Shown here piece by piece: positions 19,388-29,528 of a stretch of DNA of 46,881 nucleotides (position 1 is the first letter of the stretch; every line of letters starts with the position of its first letter). Source of the stretch: an uncultured bacterium (GTDB taxonomy: Bacteria; Patescibacteriota; Minisyncoccia; Phycocordibacterales; PALSA-1337). A program made the translations under genes and the position numbers. The notes below the pieces were generated by a model, which ran no database searches, was not told the origin of the DNA, and saw nothing but the letters and a program-made list of their open reading frames with translations. The stretch covers positions 1-46,881 of the forward strand of contig CAIUOX010000011.1 in the NCBI GenBank assembly GCA_903900935.1, written 5' to 3'.

Positions 19388-19419
19388 GCTAAACTCTTAT
19401 GAGGGGGTATAATAATGTC

Positions 19420-20280
19420 ATGACATTACGTGAACATATTCAAGAAGCTATTAGTAAAAAGGTAGCGATAGGGCATTTTAATATTTCTACACTTGATGGG
19501 GTCTGGGCAGTTGCAGATGCTGCAAAAGAGCTCAATGTCCCAGTGATTATTGGTGTTTCAGAAGGTGAGCGTGATTATGTTGGCGTGAATGAGATATACG
19601 CAATAGTAAAAAGTATTCGTGAGCATAGAAATCAGCCAGTTTTCTTGAATGCTGATCATACCTATTCATTTGAACGAGTCAAAGAAGCGATTGATGCTGG
19701 TTTTGACTCCGTAATATTTGATGGCGCACAGCTTTCTTTTGAGGATAATATAGCAATTACAAAAAAATGCGTTGAATATGCACGAGCTTCTGGTCGCGAT
19801 GTTCTTGTTGAAGGTGAATTGGGCTTCATCGGTGCCTCTTCAAAACTTCTTGATGCAATTCCTGTTGGTGCTGTTGTTGGAGATGCAAATATGACCAAGC
19901 CAGAAGATGCACTTTCATTCATTCAAGCAACTGGTGCTGATATACTCGCTCCAGCAGTTGGTAATATTCATGGTTTGATTCGTGGTGGTGAACCAGCTCT
20001 GAATATTGATCGTGTACAAAAAATCTCCACAACAACCAAGATTCCATTGGTGCTTCATGGTGCTTCAGGAAATACAGCAGATGATATTCGTGGCTGTGTT
20101 GCATCTGGTGTAGCTATAGTTCATGTCAATACAGAGCTTCGTGTGGCATATCGTGGAGGTCTCGTGAAGGCACTTTCAGAATATCCAGATGAAGTTGCTC
20201 CATACAAATATTTGAGACCAGCAAAGTCTGCAATGCAAAAAGTAATTGAAGAAAAGCTGAAGATTATCAATCGTCTATAG
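19420..20280 (+). CDS. fba: Class II fructose-bisphosphate aldolase
   Basis: NADH, GFDSVIFDG, VEGELG, GNIHG, LVLHGASG, VNTE. Confidence 0.9.
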   Translation: MTLREHIQEAISKKVAIGHFNISTLDGVWAVADAAKELNVPVIIGVSEGERDYVGVNEIYAIVKSIREHRNQPVFLNADHTYSFERVKEAIDAGFDSVIFDGAQLSFEDNIAITKKCVEYARASGRDVLVEGELGFIGASSKLLDAIPVGAVVGDANMTKPEDALSFIQATGADILAPAVGNIHGLIRGGEPALNIDRVQKISTTTKIPLVLHGASGNTADDIRGCVASGVAIVHVNTELRVAYRGGLVKALSEYPDEVAPYKYLRPAKSAMQKVIEEKLKIINRL

Positions 20281-20285
20281 TTTTT

Positions 20286-21257
20286 ATGAAATCTGTATTT
20301 ATTACTAGAAATATACCTGAGATTGGCATATCTATGCTCAAGAATCGTGGATATGTAGTTGATGTGAGTCAACTTGATAGGCCGTTGACCAAACAAGAAT
20401 TGATAATAGCTTTGAAAGCAAAACCCTATGATGCAGTACTCACACTTCTAACTGACGTTGTTGATGCTGAAGTATTTGCCGTAGCAACTTCAGTCAAGAT
20501 ATTTGCCAACTATGCTATAGGGTTCAACAATTTTGACGTTGAAGAAGGCAAGAAACGTGGCATATTTCTAACCAACACTCCTGGTGGTGGAGCAGATCGT
20601 GTTGCCGAGCATACATGGGCGCTTATTCTCGCATTGTCATGCAGGATAGTAGAAGCAGATTTATTTGTTCGTGAAGGAAAATACACTGGTTGGGATCCAA
20701 TGATTTTTCAAGGAAGCAAAATCGCAGGAAAAACTCTTGGACTTATTGGTGCAGGTAGGATTGGTGCTGAAGTTGCGCGTATTGCATCTAGAGGATTTGG
20801 CATGCGCATTGCCTATCACGATATTGTTCGCAATGAAAAAATAGAGAGCCTTCACGGTGCTTCATTCTGGCCTACGGTAGAAGATGTATTGAAGCAGGCT
20901 GACATTGTCTCGGTCCATGTCCCATTGAATGAATCTACACACCATCTTATCAATGGGGATCATATGAAGCTTATGAAGCCTACCGCATATCTCATCAATA
21001 CTGCCCGTGGTCCAGTTATTGATGAAAAGGCTCTTGTTGAGGCTCTAAAAAATAAAGTTATTGCTGGTGCAGGTCTTGATGTATTTGAGAATGAGCCATT
21101 ACTCGCTACTGGTCTTAAGGATCTTTCCAATGTCGTCCTTACACCTCATATTGCATCAGCAACTGAGCAAGCTAGGCATGATATGGCTATTTTGTCAGCT
21201 CAGAATATTATTTCTACTCTTGAGGGTGGCATACCAGCGAATATGGTATACTCGTAA
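20286..21257 (+). CDS. D-isomer 2-hydroxyacid dehydrogenase (glyoxylate/hydroxypyruvate reductase-like)
   Basis: GAGRIG, INTARG, GAGLDVFENEP, LTPHIASAT. Confidence 0.9.
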   Translation: MKSVFITRNIPEIGISMLKNRGYVVDVSQLDRPLTKQELIIALKAKPYDAVLTLLTDVVDAEVFAVATSVKIFANYAIGFNNFDVEEGKKRGIFLTNTPGGGADRVAEHTWALILALSCRIVEADLFVREGKYTGWDPMIFQGSKIAGKTLGLIGAGRIGAEVARIASRGFGMRIAYHDIVRNEKIESLHGASFWPTVEDVLKQADIVSVHVPLNESTHHLINGDHMKLMKPTAYLINTARGPVIDEKALVEALKNKVIAGAGLDVFENEPLLATGLKDLSNVVLTPHIASATEQARHDMAILSAQNIISTLEGGIPANMVYS

Positions 21258-21280
21258 TATACAATGCAATTATTACTTTT

Positions 21281-21490
21281 ATGTCTATAGAATTTGATAC
21301 AGACGAACAGGCGCGACAATTTACTTCATCAGGACAATTTCCTGGTCAATCTCGTTCATCAGGTATGGCTGGATGGTTGGCTCGGCATGGAATTATCAAA
21401 GATGAATCAAGTGCTGGTCCTATACTTATAGGTATAGTTATATTTAATTTTCTTATTGCTGGAGCAATTATCTATTTCTTCGTATTTTAA
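21281..21490 (+). CDS. Small hypothetical membrane protein
   Basis: 69-aa ORF with a C-terminal TM helix, co-oriented in the operon. Confidence 0.6.
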   Translation: MSIEFDTDEQARQFTSSGQFPGQSRSSGMAGWLARHGIIKDESSAGPILIGIVIFNFLIAGAIIYFFVF

Positions 21491-21591
21491 TAATAGACTA
21501 GGACGCGTATATTTCCGTTATATACCTAAAATAGTTATTTATAGGCTGAGAACTTGCCTTTTTGTCTGACTTATATTAACCTTAGAGACCT

Positions 21592-22266
21592 ATGGCAACA
21601 TTCAATCTAAATGCAGAAAAGCGTGACGTAAAGGTAAATCTCGATGTACTTCGTAAGGCAGGTCGTATGCCAGCTGTGTTTTATGGCCCAAAAGAGTCTT
21701 CAACTCCTATTTCAGTATCGCTCATTGAATTCAAGAAAGTATGGAAAAAGGCTGGTGAATCATCAGTTGTTATCGTCAAAGAAGGTACAAATGAACACGA
21801 GACTCTTATTCATGAAGTAGATATTCATCCTCTTAGTGGTGAACCTCGTCATGCTGATTTTTATGTTCTAGAAAAGGGCAAGAAGGTTCAGGTTGCAGTT
21901 CAGCTCGTATTCGTTGGTATTGCTCCAGCCATCAAGGACAAGGGTGGTATTCTCGTTAAGGTTCAGCGTGAAATAGAGATTGAAGCAGCTCCAAAAGATC
22001 TTCCTCATGAGATCGAAGTTGATATCTCCAAGCTTGTTGAAATTTCAGATGTTATTCATGCAAAAGATTTGAAGCTTCCTGTAGGTGTTGATCTCAAGAT
22101 CAATCCAGAAGAAGTTGTCGCTTCGGTTTCTGAGCCTAAGGAAGAGAAGGAAGAGGCACCAGTAGCTATAGACATGTCAGCTATTGAAGTTTCTGATGCA
22201 AAGGGCAAGGAAATAAAGGAAGGTGATGTTGTTGCTGAAGCTCCAGCAAAGGAAGAGAAAAAATAG
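21592..22266 (+). CDS. rplY: 50S ribosomal protein L25/Ctc
   Basis: LRKAGRMPAVFYG, HADFY, KGG.L, LPHEIEVDIS, acidic tail. Confidence 0.95.
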   Translation: MATFNLNAEKRDVKVNLDVLRKAGRMPAVFYGPKESSTPISVSLIEFKKVWKKAGESSVVIVKEGTNEHETLIHEVDIHPLSGEPRHADFYVLEKGKKVQVAVQLVFVGIAPAIKDKGGILVKVQREIEIEAAPKDLPHEIEVDISKLVEISDVIHAKDLKLPVGVDLKINPEEVVASVSEPKEEKEEAPVAIDMSAIEVSDAKGKEIKEGDVVAEAPAKEEKK

Positions 22267-22300
22267 CGACAAGGGTAGTCCTTGTTGCTATAATATACAT

Positions 22301-23680
22301 ATGAAAATGTATGTTCGTATCGCCGTTCTCGCGGTTTTCTTATTGTTTACCCTGCCTTTTTTTGTGCATGCCCAAAGCGTTGTTTGTATTGAAGCCCCTG
22401 ATACATTACCAGGCGAAAGTACTCAACAGAGAAAAGACCGTCTAACTGCAATTTATAATGTATGTAATGCTGAGTATCAGGCGGCGCAATCTCAGTTGGT
22501 TACAGCACAAGCCCAGAGCTCATCATTGGCAAATGATATTGCTATTCTAGGTGCCAAAATAAAGACGGCACAGCTTCAGATAAAAACTAAAAATCTATTG
22601 ATACAGACGCTTGGAAACAATATAACCCAAAAACAAACACGCATTGATGATTTGGAAAGTAGAATTGATTCTGGCAAAGCGACACTTGCCGCTATTATGC
22701 GCAAAACAAATGAGATAGATTCATATTCATTTCCAGAGGTAGCATTGTCTCAAACCTCTGTGGCTGGTTTTTTTCAGGATCTTGATACATTTCAATCTGT
22801 TCAAAATAGTCTGAAGACAGTATTTGAGCAACTCCGGTCTGATCAGGCAAGTACGACCGCAGAGAAAGATGCTCTTGCAATACGCCAAAACACTGAGATG
22901 GATGCGCGATATGTGATCCAACAGCAACAAAAAAATATTGAATCTGATCAGAAGGCTCAAAAGCAACTTCTGGCTATAAGTAAGGACAATGAAAAGGCAT
23001 ATTCAACTTTGGCAGCACAAAAGGCCTCGCAAGCAGCAAAGATTCGTGCAGCATTGTTCCCATTGGCTGGTGGGCAAAAGATTCCATTCGGACAGGCATT
23101 GCAATATGCTCAGGTAGCATCAGCCAAGACTGGAGTCAGACCAGCATTCCTTTTGGCGATTCTTACCAACGAATCAGCGCTCGGTGCCAATGTTGGTCAA
23201 TGTTATATTTCTAATACAAGTACAGGAGATGGTATTAATGTAAAAACGGGAAACTTTAGTCCGAGTGTTATGAAACCAACGCGCGACATTCAGCCATTTT
23301 TGGATATTACAAAAGCACTCGGTTTTGATCCTTACAAGACAGTTGTGTCATGTCAACAACCTTCTGTTGGTGGTTGGGGTGGTGCTATGGGTCCAGCACA
23401 ATTTATTTCTTCAACATGGGTATTATTTACTGATCGTTTACGTGGAGCTTTGGGTATATCAGATGAGCCAAATCCATGGAATCCAGCGCATGCATTTATG
23501 GCATCAGCTCTTTATTTGGATGATCTTGGTGCAGGGAATGGTGGATATTCTGCAGAACGAAATGCGGCATGTAGATATTATTCTGGTAGCTCATGTAGTA
23601 AGTCTAGGACGATTGCGAGTTATGGTGATAATGCTATAAGCCAGGCAAATAAGATTCAGTTGGATATAAATCAGTTGTAA
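22301..23680 (+). CDS. Secreted coiled-coil protein with C-terminal lytic transglycosylase-like domain (PcsB/CwlO-like architecture)
   Basis: Signal peptide, long coiled coil, LLAILTNES, GAMGPAQFISSTW, PWNP..AF.A.ALYL. Confidence 0.82.
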   Translation: MKMYVRIAVLAVFLLFTLPFFVHAQSVVCIEAPDTLPGESTQQRKDRLTAIYNVCNAEYQAAQSQLVTAQAQSSSLANDIAILGAKIKTAQLQIKTKNLLIQTLGNNITQKQTRIDDLESRIDSGKATLAAIMRKTNEIDSYSFPEVALSQTSVAGFFQDLDTFQSVQNSLKTVFEQLRSDQASTTAEKDALAIRQNTEMDARYVIQQQQKNIESDQKAQKQLLAISKDNEKAYSTLAAQKASQAAKIRAALFPLAGGQKIPFGQALQYAQVASAKTGVRPAFLLAILTNESALGANVGQCYISNTSTGDGINVKTGNFSPSVMKPTRDIQPFLDITKALGFDPYKTVVSCQQPSVGGWGGAMGPAQFISSTWVLFTDRLRGALGISDEPNPWNPAHAFMASALYLDDLGAGNGGYSAERNAACRYYSGSSCSKSRTIASYGDNAISQANKIQLDINQL

Positions 23681-23702
23681 AAATTGCACGTTCTTGTTCT
23701 GG

Positions 23703-23816
23703 GCAAGACACCGAACACTCAGAAAATAGACACGGATATTTTCTTGCTAGAAAATTCCTCGTGCTCGGACCAGTCGTCCTCGCAGGGTCTATTTTTCTGA
23801 GTGTTCGGTGTCTTGC
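23703..23816. repeat. Long palindromic element (29/30-bp arms, 55-bp spacer)
   Basis: GCAAGACACCGAACACTCAGAAAATAGAC (23703-23731) pairs with 23787-23816 with one indel. Confidence 0.9.
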
Positions 23817-23827
23817 TTTTTGCTTCT

Positions 23828-23868
23828 ACAAATAAAAAACTGAGCACGTAACTCAGTTTTTTATTTGT
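23828..23868. terminator. Bidirectional intrinsic terminator
   Basis: ACAAATAAAAAACTGAG / CTCAGTTTTTTATTTGT perfect 17-bp inverted repeat between convergent genes. Confidence 0.8.
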
Positions 23869-23883
23869 TATGTGTAATCGAAA

Positions 23884-25932
23884 CTATATCGTCAGTATCA
23901 CTGGTATCACCATCGGTCTCTTTGCAGTCTTCTGCATCAAGAATTTGGCAACAGCGTCGGTAACATTGTCTTTGATGAAATCAATATTGATAGGGTTTTG
24001 TCCACGAGCTGATTTCTCAACTGTATCTTTGATGATAAGGCGAACTTCGTGGAGCAAGTCTTGTGATTCGCGGAGATAGACGAAACCACGAGAGATGATG
24101 TCAGGAGATTTTTTGAGTTTGCCAGTCTGGCCATTCATGATACCAAAGATTATGAATATTCCATCCTTTGCGAGTGCCTGGCGATCACGGATCACGACAT
24201 CTTGTACATCTCCAACAGAGAATCCATCAACAAGAACAAGTCCAGATGGAGCTTTCTCTTTGAGTCGAGCGAGTTTGGTTCCACCATTTTGGATTTCTAT
24301 AACACTTCCATTGTCTGGAATGACAACGTCAGTTTCGGTAAGTCCATTGGTTTCTTTTGCGATGTCTGTGTGGACGCGAAGCATATAATGATATCCATGG
24401 ATAGGCATGAAGAATTTCGGATGTATCTTGCGATGAATCCATGCTGTCTCGTCACGATTGGCATGTCCAGATGAGTGTATTTCAGCCATACGGTAGTGGA
24501 TGATCTTTGCTCCTTGGCGAGATAGGTTGTCTTTTAGCTTTTGTACAGCACGCTCATTTCCTGGAACAACTGATGATGAAAGCATGATAGTATCACGTGG
24601 ATTGATTGATATCTTTGTGTGTGTCTTGTTGGACATACGCATGATTGCTCCAAATTCATCACCTTGAGCTCCTGTGGCAAGGATAATAATACGGTCTGGT
24701 GGATAACTATCTATATCGTCACTTGAAATCATTGTTTCTTTTTTGGCTTTGAGCAGACCAATGTGCTTACAGATCTCAATATTTTGTTTCAGACTGCGAC
24801 CTTCAACGATGACTCGTTTATTATATTTTTCTGCGAATTCGACTATTTTGAGCAAACGCTCTAGAAGAGAAGAGAATGTGCTGATAATGAGACGACCCTT
24901 CACTGTGCGGATGATTTCTTCTATATTTTTGTGAACAGTCTTTTCAGGAATAGAAAAACCGGGGTTTTCCACATTCGTCGAATCAGCCATGAGCATAAGT
25001 ACTTTTTCATTCTTGAAAACACGATCATACTCAGCTTCTTCATCTTCAGTTGGTATACCTGCGACGTGATCGAGTTTTAAGTCTCCTGTATGCACTATAG
25101 ATCCATATGGAGTCTCTATGATTACTCCCATAGCGTCAGGAATCGTATGAGTTACTGCAAAAAATTTGATACGTAGTTTGCCGACGGTGATTGTTTCATT
25201 TTTTTCAACAATCTTGATATTGAGTTTTGGTACATGAGGAAATTCCTCTTGGCGCTTTGAGATTAGTACGGAAGTTAGCAGGCGAGTGTATATTGGTGGA
25301 TTGCCAATACGTGGCATGACGAAAGGAATACCCCCGATGTGGTCCAAGTGTCCATGGGTAATAATGACGGCGCGAATCTTTTCATGTCTTTCTTCAAGAT
25401 ACTTTGTATTTGGTAATATAAAATCAATACCTGGAGTACTTTCATCACGAAATCCAAATCCGATATCAATAACAATAATCTCACCACCATATTCAATGGC
25501 AGTCATATTTTTTCCGATCTCTTCAACTCCACCGAGGGGAATTATACGGATTGTATCTGCTGTAGGAGCAGGAATAGTATCTCCTTCGCGACGGACAAGA
25601 GGCTTTGGTGTGCTACGGCGCATAGGTCGAGCTGCATCAGGACGGACGATTTGCATACGAGCACCAGCGATATGTTTCAATGCTTCAGGATGTTTGTGTG
25701 CACCTTTACCAAGAACTATTCTAGGTGCAGAAGCACCATGTTGAGATGTTGATATTGCTGATTGTGAATCAGGTGCACGAAGTGTGCGTGTTTGAAGTGG
25801 CTTGCGTTGATGATGCTTATGGAAGAATGTATTACGATTATGCGTCGATCCTTGTGTGCGCATAATTCCTGTTGACTGTGGCCTCTTATTATCTGGTGCA
25901 CTTCGTGGTTGTGGTATTGGTATCGGATTCAT
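23884..25932 (-). CDS. rnj: Ribonuclease J with long basic N-terminal extension
   Basis: PLGGVEEIGKNM, THGHLDHIG, HTIPD, HTGD, DSTN, HSSGH, PIHG. Confidence 0.95.
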   Translation of the reverse strand: MNPIPIPQPRSAPDNKRPQSTGIMRTQGSTHNRNTFFHKHHQRKPLQTRTLRAPDSQSAISTSQHGASAPRIVLGKGAHKHPEALKHIAGARMQIVRPDAARPMRRSTPKPLVRREGDTIPAPTADTIRIIPLGGVEEIGKNMTAIEYGGEIIVIDIGFGFRDESTPGIDFILPNTKYLEERHEKIRAVIITHGHLDHIGGIPFVMPRIGNPPIYTRLLTSVLISKRQEEFPHVPKLNIKIVEKNETITVGKLRIKFFAVTHTIPDAMGVIIETPYGSIVHTGDLKLDHVAGIPTEDEEAEYDRVFKNEKVLMLMADSTNVENPGFSIPEKTVHKNIEEIIRTVKGRLIISTFSSLLERLLKIVEFAEKYNKRVIVEGRSLKQNIEICKHIGLLKAKKETMISSDDIDSYPPDRIIILATGAQGDEFGAIMRMSNKTHTKISINPRDTIMLSSSVVPGNERAVQKLKDNLSRQGAKIIHYRMAEIHSSGHANRDETAWIHRKIHPKFFMPIHGYHYMLRVHTDIAKETNGLTETDVVIPDNGSVIEIQNGGTKLARLKEKAPSGLVLVDGFSVGDVQDVVIRDRQALAKDGIFIIFGIMNGQTGKLKKSPDIISRGFVYLRESQDLLHEVRLIIKDTVEKSARGQNPINIDFIKDNVTDAVAKFLMQKTAKRPMVIPVILTI

Positions 25933-25935
25933 GTG

Positions 25936-27678
25936 TTATTTATTAGCGAATATACTCCATACAGTTTCTGTTTCTAGATACCATGATGATATAGAATTCC
26001 ATCGATCTGCTGGTGTTGATATGTTATTAATACGTATATTATGGATTGATTTTGGTACAGCATATATAAAATCAGGAGTGTATAGAAATATTGCAGGAAT
26101 GTCATCGCGAATAATCTTTTCGAATTGTGTATATTTTTGAGATCGTAGCAAATCATCACTTGTAGCTCGGATGTCTTCAAGCAACTTATCTGTTTTTATA
26201 TTGGCATACATTGAAACATTGAGACCGGGAGCATTTCGTTGTGAGGAATGCCAGAATGCATATAGGTCGCGGTCTTTTCCGATAAGCTCTCCAAATAGAA
26301 GGGCATCGTATTTTCGTGGTCGTATGATATTTTGATATAGATCACTTGATTCAAATATTTTTACATCTACTTTAGCACCAAGAGTTGCCCATGAATTTTT
26401 TACAAGCTCTGCTGCTTGTTTCAAATCTGGAGTATCTGCGGTATATATATCAAATGAAAGAAGCTGTCCAGCATTCTTTTTGTCTTTACTACTCTTTGCA
26501 TATATACCATCAGCATTCTTTTTCCAGCCATTTTTCTCAAGAAGAGCTTGGGCACCAGTAATATTGGCATGATCATTTGTATCGCTACTAGTGCTCATAT
26601 TATGAGGTAATGGTCCTTGAAGTGGTGAGCCGTATCCATTGAGTATCTTTTCAACGATTGCATTACGATCGACTGACATATCTAGCGCTTGTCGTACATT
26701 TTTATCTGCGAGTACTGCATTTTGATTTTGATTGAAAAAGACTCCAAATATTCGTGGTAAAGATGTTGATAAGATGGTATAGCTTGCCGCTTTTTCTGAA
26801 GCGAGACGTTTCGCTTCAATAGGAGAAATTGATGCCAAGCTGTCTATAATACCACTATCAATTGCGCCAAAAGCGCTAGTTTCGTCGGAGAAGAATGTAA
26901 ATGTAATAGTTTGTATGTATGGAATAGTTCCATAATAATTATTCCAAGCAGAAAGGGTATATGTTGTAGGAATACCTCCTGCATCACGTACTATATTTGT
27001 CATTTTATATGGACCAGATCCGACTGGCTCAATATTGTATTGGCTGAAAATAAATTGATCATCACTTACACCTCCCCAAATATGCTTCGGAATAATGCCA
27101 ATAGTTGTATTCGTAAGAAATGGGCTATAGGGTTGTTTGAGGATAAATTGAATTTCAAAAGGAGAAATTACTTTTACATTAACATTGAGCCAATCAGACC
27201 TGCGAGGACTTTTGAGTATAGAATCTTGGATTTTTTGTATAGTAAAAGCGACATCATCAGCAGTTAGTTGAACTCCATCTTGGAAATGCACATCATTACG
27301 AAGAATGAATGAATATATAAGTCCATCATTTGATATTGTGTATGACTTCGCTATGTCTCCAACTAGGGTATCATCTTGGTATTTCATGAGTCCTCCATAT
27401 ACTAGTTCTGATATATCACGATCAGTACCAGAAACTGCAAATACAGGATTGATAGTGCGTGGCAAGCCGATCATGCCTTCTCGTAACTCACCCCCATGTG
27501 CTGGAACATCTACTATGAAGTAATTATTTACAGAGCTGAGCATTGTCACTGAAGTAAATAAGGTGATCAATACAAATAAGCCGAATATAAATTTTTCAGT
27601 AGCTGAGAATGCACGAATGTATTCAAGTATATGAGATCCGCTTTTGATGCGAAATTCTTTGTATGGTTTTGTGGACAC
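25936..27678 (-). CDS. Family-5 (peptide/nickel) ABC substrate-binding protein with N-terminal TM anchor
   Basis: GGELREG, INP, FQDG..LTADDVAFT, PVGSGPYK, VRQAL..VDR. Confidence 0.88.
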   Translation of the reverse strand: MSTKPYKEFRIKSGSHILEYIRAFSATEKFIFGLFVLITLFTSVTMLSSVNNYFIVDVPAHGGELREGMIGLPRTINPVFAVSGTDRDISELVYGGLMKYQDDTLVGDIAKSYTISNDGLIYSFILRNDVHFQDGVQLTADDVAFTIQKIQDSILKSPRRSDWLNVNVKVISPFEIQFILKQPYSPFLTNTTIGIIPKHIWGGVSDDQFIFSQYNIEPVGSGPYKMTNIVRDAGGIPTTYTLSAWNNYYGTIPYIQTITFTFFSDETSAFGAIDSGIIDSLASISPIEAKRLASEKAASYTILSTSLPRIFGVFFNQNQNAVLADKNVRQALDMSVDRNAIVEKILNGYGSPLQGPLPHNMSTSSDTNDHANITGAQALLEKNGWKKNADGIYAKSSKDKKNAGQLLSFDIYTADTPDLKQAAELVKNSWATLGAKVDVKIFESSDLYQNIIRPRKYDALLFGELIGKDRDLYAFWHSSQRNAPGLNVSMYANIKTDKLLEDIRATSDDLLRSQKYTQFEKIIRDDIPAIFLYTPDFIYAVPKSIHNIRINNISTPADRWNSISSWYLETETVWSIFANK

Positions 27679-27726
27679 GATGATTACGTGAATTTGAATC
27701 AGTATTCTTTATTAAAGAATGAGAGT

Positions 27727-27948
27727 TTAGAGTAAGTTGATGAGCGCTGAAATAGCGAAAATAATAGCAAGAATTATCGTTGCAATAAAAAGTCCTTTCT
27801 CGGCACCACGACGAGTATGATATGCAGAACTGAGATTGTCGCTACCGCCAAAAGCGCCTCCAACCTGTGCTCCAGTACGCTGAAGAAGGATGAGTGCAAC
27901 CAAAATGACCGATATCACAATCTGAATATAGGGGAGAATAGACTTCAT
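27727..27948 (-). CDS. secG: Preprotein translocase subunit SecG
   Basis: Two TM helices, LILLQ..GA..GGAFGG....TRRGAEK. Confidence 0.92.
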   Translation of the reverse strand: MKSILPYIQIVISVILVALILLQRTGAQVGGAFGGSDNLSSAYHTRRGAEKGLFIATIILAIIFAISALINLL

Positions 27949-28037
27949 GTGAGAACTATCGTAGCACCATGTGTATTTTTTTGCAAGTATTATACGGGAA
28001 TAGTATATTGTGGAATGAATTGGTACAATCTACAGAT

Positions 28038-28766
28038 ATGTTTAAATTTTTATTTAAATTAATATTAGTTATAGTTGTAATCTTGCTTATTATTGCTACA
28101 GCTTGGTTCGGTTATCGATCTACAGTCAAAAAGAAAGCTACTTTATTTACTCCTATTACTATACCAACTTTAGGCACAGATATTCAGGCTACAACGTCTC
28201 CATTTGTTTTATTTGATATTGATATGACCACGCCGGCTTCATCAACTATAGACATTTCATCTTGGAAATCTTATAAAAATGATATCTTGGGATTCCAAGT
28301 TTCATATCCTGACAATCTCATAACCAATGGAGATGATTCTAGTACAATATTGGCCTTTCCTAAAGATGAGTATTTTTCTTGGCCACTGCAAGATGATTTG
28401 AAGATAACTATTTCAGCAAGCACTGCGTGCCAAACTCTATTGAATAGTTCTCCTATAGCAACAACATCTTCTTTTACATTGAACGAACACACATTTACTA
28501 GGCAACTTGGTCAGGATATTGCTGTAGGCAATCGGTATTTGGAAATTATAGATACTACGATCGTGAATGGAATCTGCTATAGCATATATCTGTTCGATCG
28601 TGGTGCAAATGGTGCTGGTCTATATGTTGATGATCAAGAATTGATTAAGCGCTATGATGCTGATTATTTGGCTCATATGAAAGTAGTCATGGAAATATTC
28701 AATGCCATCACTGCCAATATTAGTATTTTTAAGTTAAATCTCTACAAACCTAGCATTACAATATAG
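28038..28766 (+). CDS. Membrane-anchored hypothetical protein (PsbP-like motif)
   Basis: N-terminal TM, Thr-rich linker, WKSYKNDILGFQVSYP. Confidence 0.65.
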   Translation: MFKFLFKLILVIVVILLIIATAWFGYRSTVKKKATLFTPITIPTLGTDIQATTSPFVLFDIDMTTPASSTIDISSWKSYKNDILGFQVSYPDNLITNGDDSSTILAFPKDEYFSWPLQDDLKITISASTACQTLLNSSPIATTSSFTLNEHTFTRQLGQDIAVGNRYLEIIDTTIVNGICYSIYLFDRGANGAGLYVDDQELIKRYDADYLAHMKVVMEIFNAITANISIFKLNLYKPSITI

Positions 28767-28832
28767 AATTGCATATGTTATAATATGCAAATTCTTATTA
28801 TATTAGCCGTATTAATCATATAATTTTTTATT

Positions 28833-29513
28833 ATGAAAAAAACAACATTAAGTATAGGTGCTCTCATTATCATCGTCATCGTGATCGTCTTCATCTGGTA
28901 CAAATCATCATCTACTACTACGGTAGTTGCTCCAATACCAGTTGATACATCAAGTCCTACAGCCTTTGTGCCTGTGACAGCAACAACCAAGGTCTCTGAT
29001 AAGCTTTCAGTTTATCAAAATGCTGAGCTTGGATTCTCGGTCAAATATCCTACTGCATGGGAAAAGGATGATACTGATACAGGAGTTACATTTATTATGC
29101 CGATTGATAACAATCAAGTATCAACTGTTGCAAAGCTTCAGATAGATCTTGGTGTTGGTGCAGGCAAGTGTGCATTCCCACCAGTTATTACAGTCAAGGA
29201 TCGTGGTACTCTCACTGTTGGTAGCAATACTCTCAATACTATTTCTATCTCAAATACCAATCAAGGCCGTGGCTATTTTGACCGCATGTATTCTCTACAA
29301 AAAGGGAGTGTTTGTTATATCTTTAGATTATCCACGATCACTCTTGCCCCAGAAAGCAAGAATTTGACTGGTTCAAATATCATTCAAGCCCAAAATAATA
29401 ACAAAGCTATTATCAATACAGCAGATGTTGCCTTCACTGATCTGGTCAAGTCTTTCACATTCGTTGCAAGTGCAACTGGTGTTGATGAGTCGACGGTTCC
29501 TCCTGTTAAGTAA
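28833..29513 (+). CDS. Membrane-anchored hypothetical protein (PsbP-like motif)
   Basis: N-terminal TM, Thr/Pro linker, YQNAELGFSVKYPTAW. Confidence 0.7.
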   Translation: MKKTTLSIGALIIIVIVIVFIWYKSSSTTTVVAPIPVDTSSPTAFVPVTATTKVSDKLSVYQNAELGFSVKYPTAWEKDDTDTGVTFIMPIDNNQVSTVAKLQIDLGVGAGKCAFPPVITVKDRGTLTVGSNTLNTISISNTNQGRGYFDRMYSLQKGSVCYIFRLSTITLAPESKNLTGSNIIQAQNNNKAIINTADVAFTDLVKSFTFVASATGVDESTVPPVK

Positions 29514-29528
29514 AAACACATACTATTC

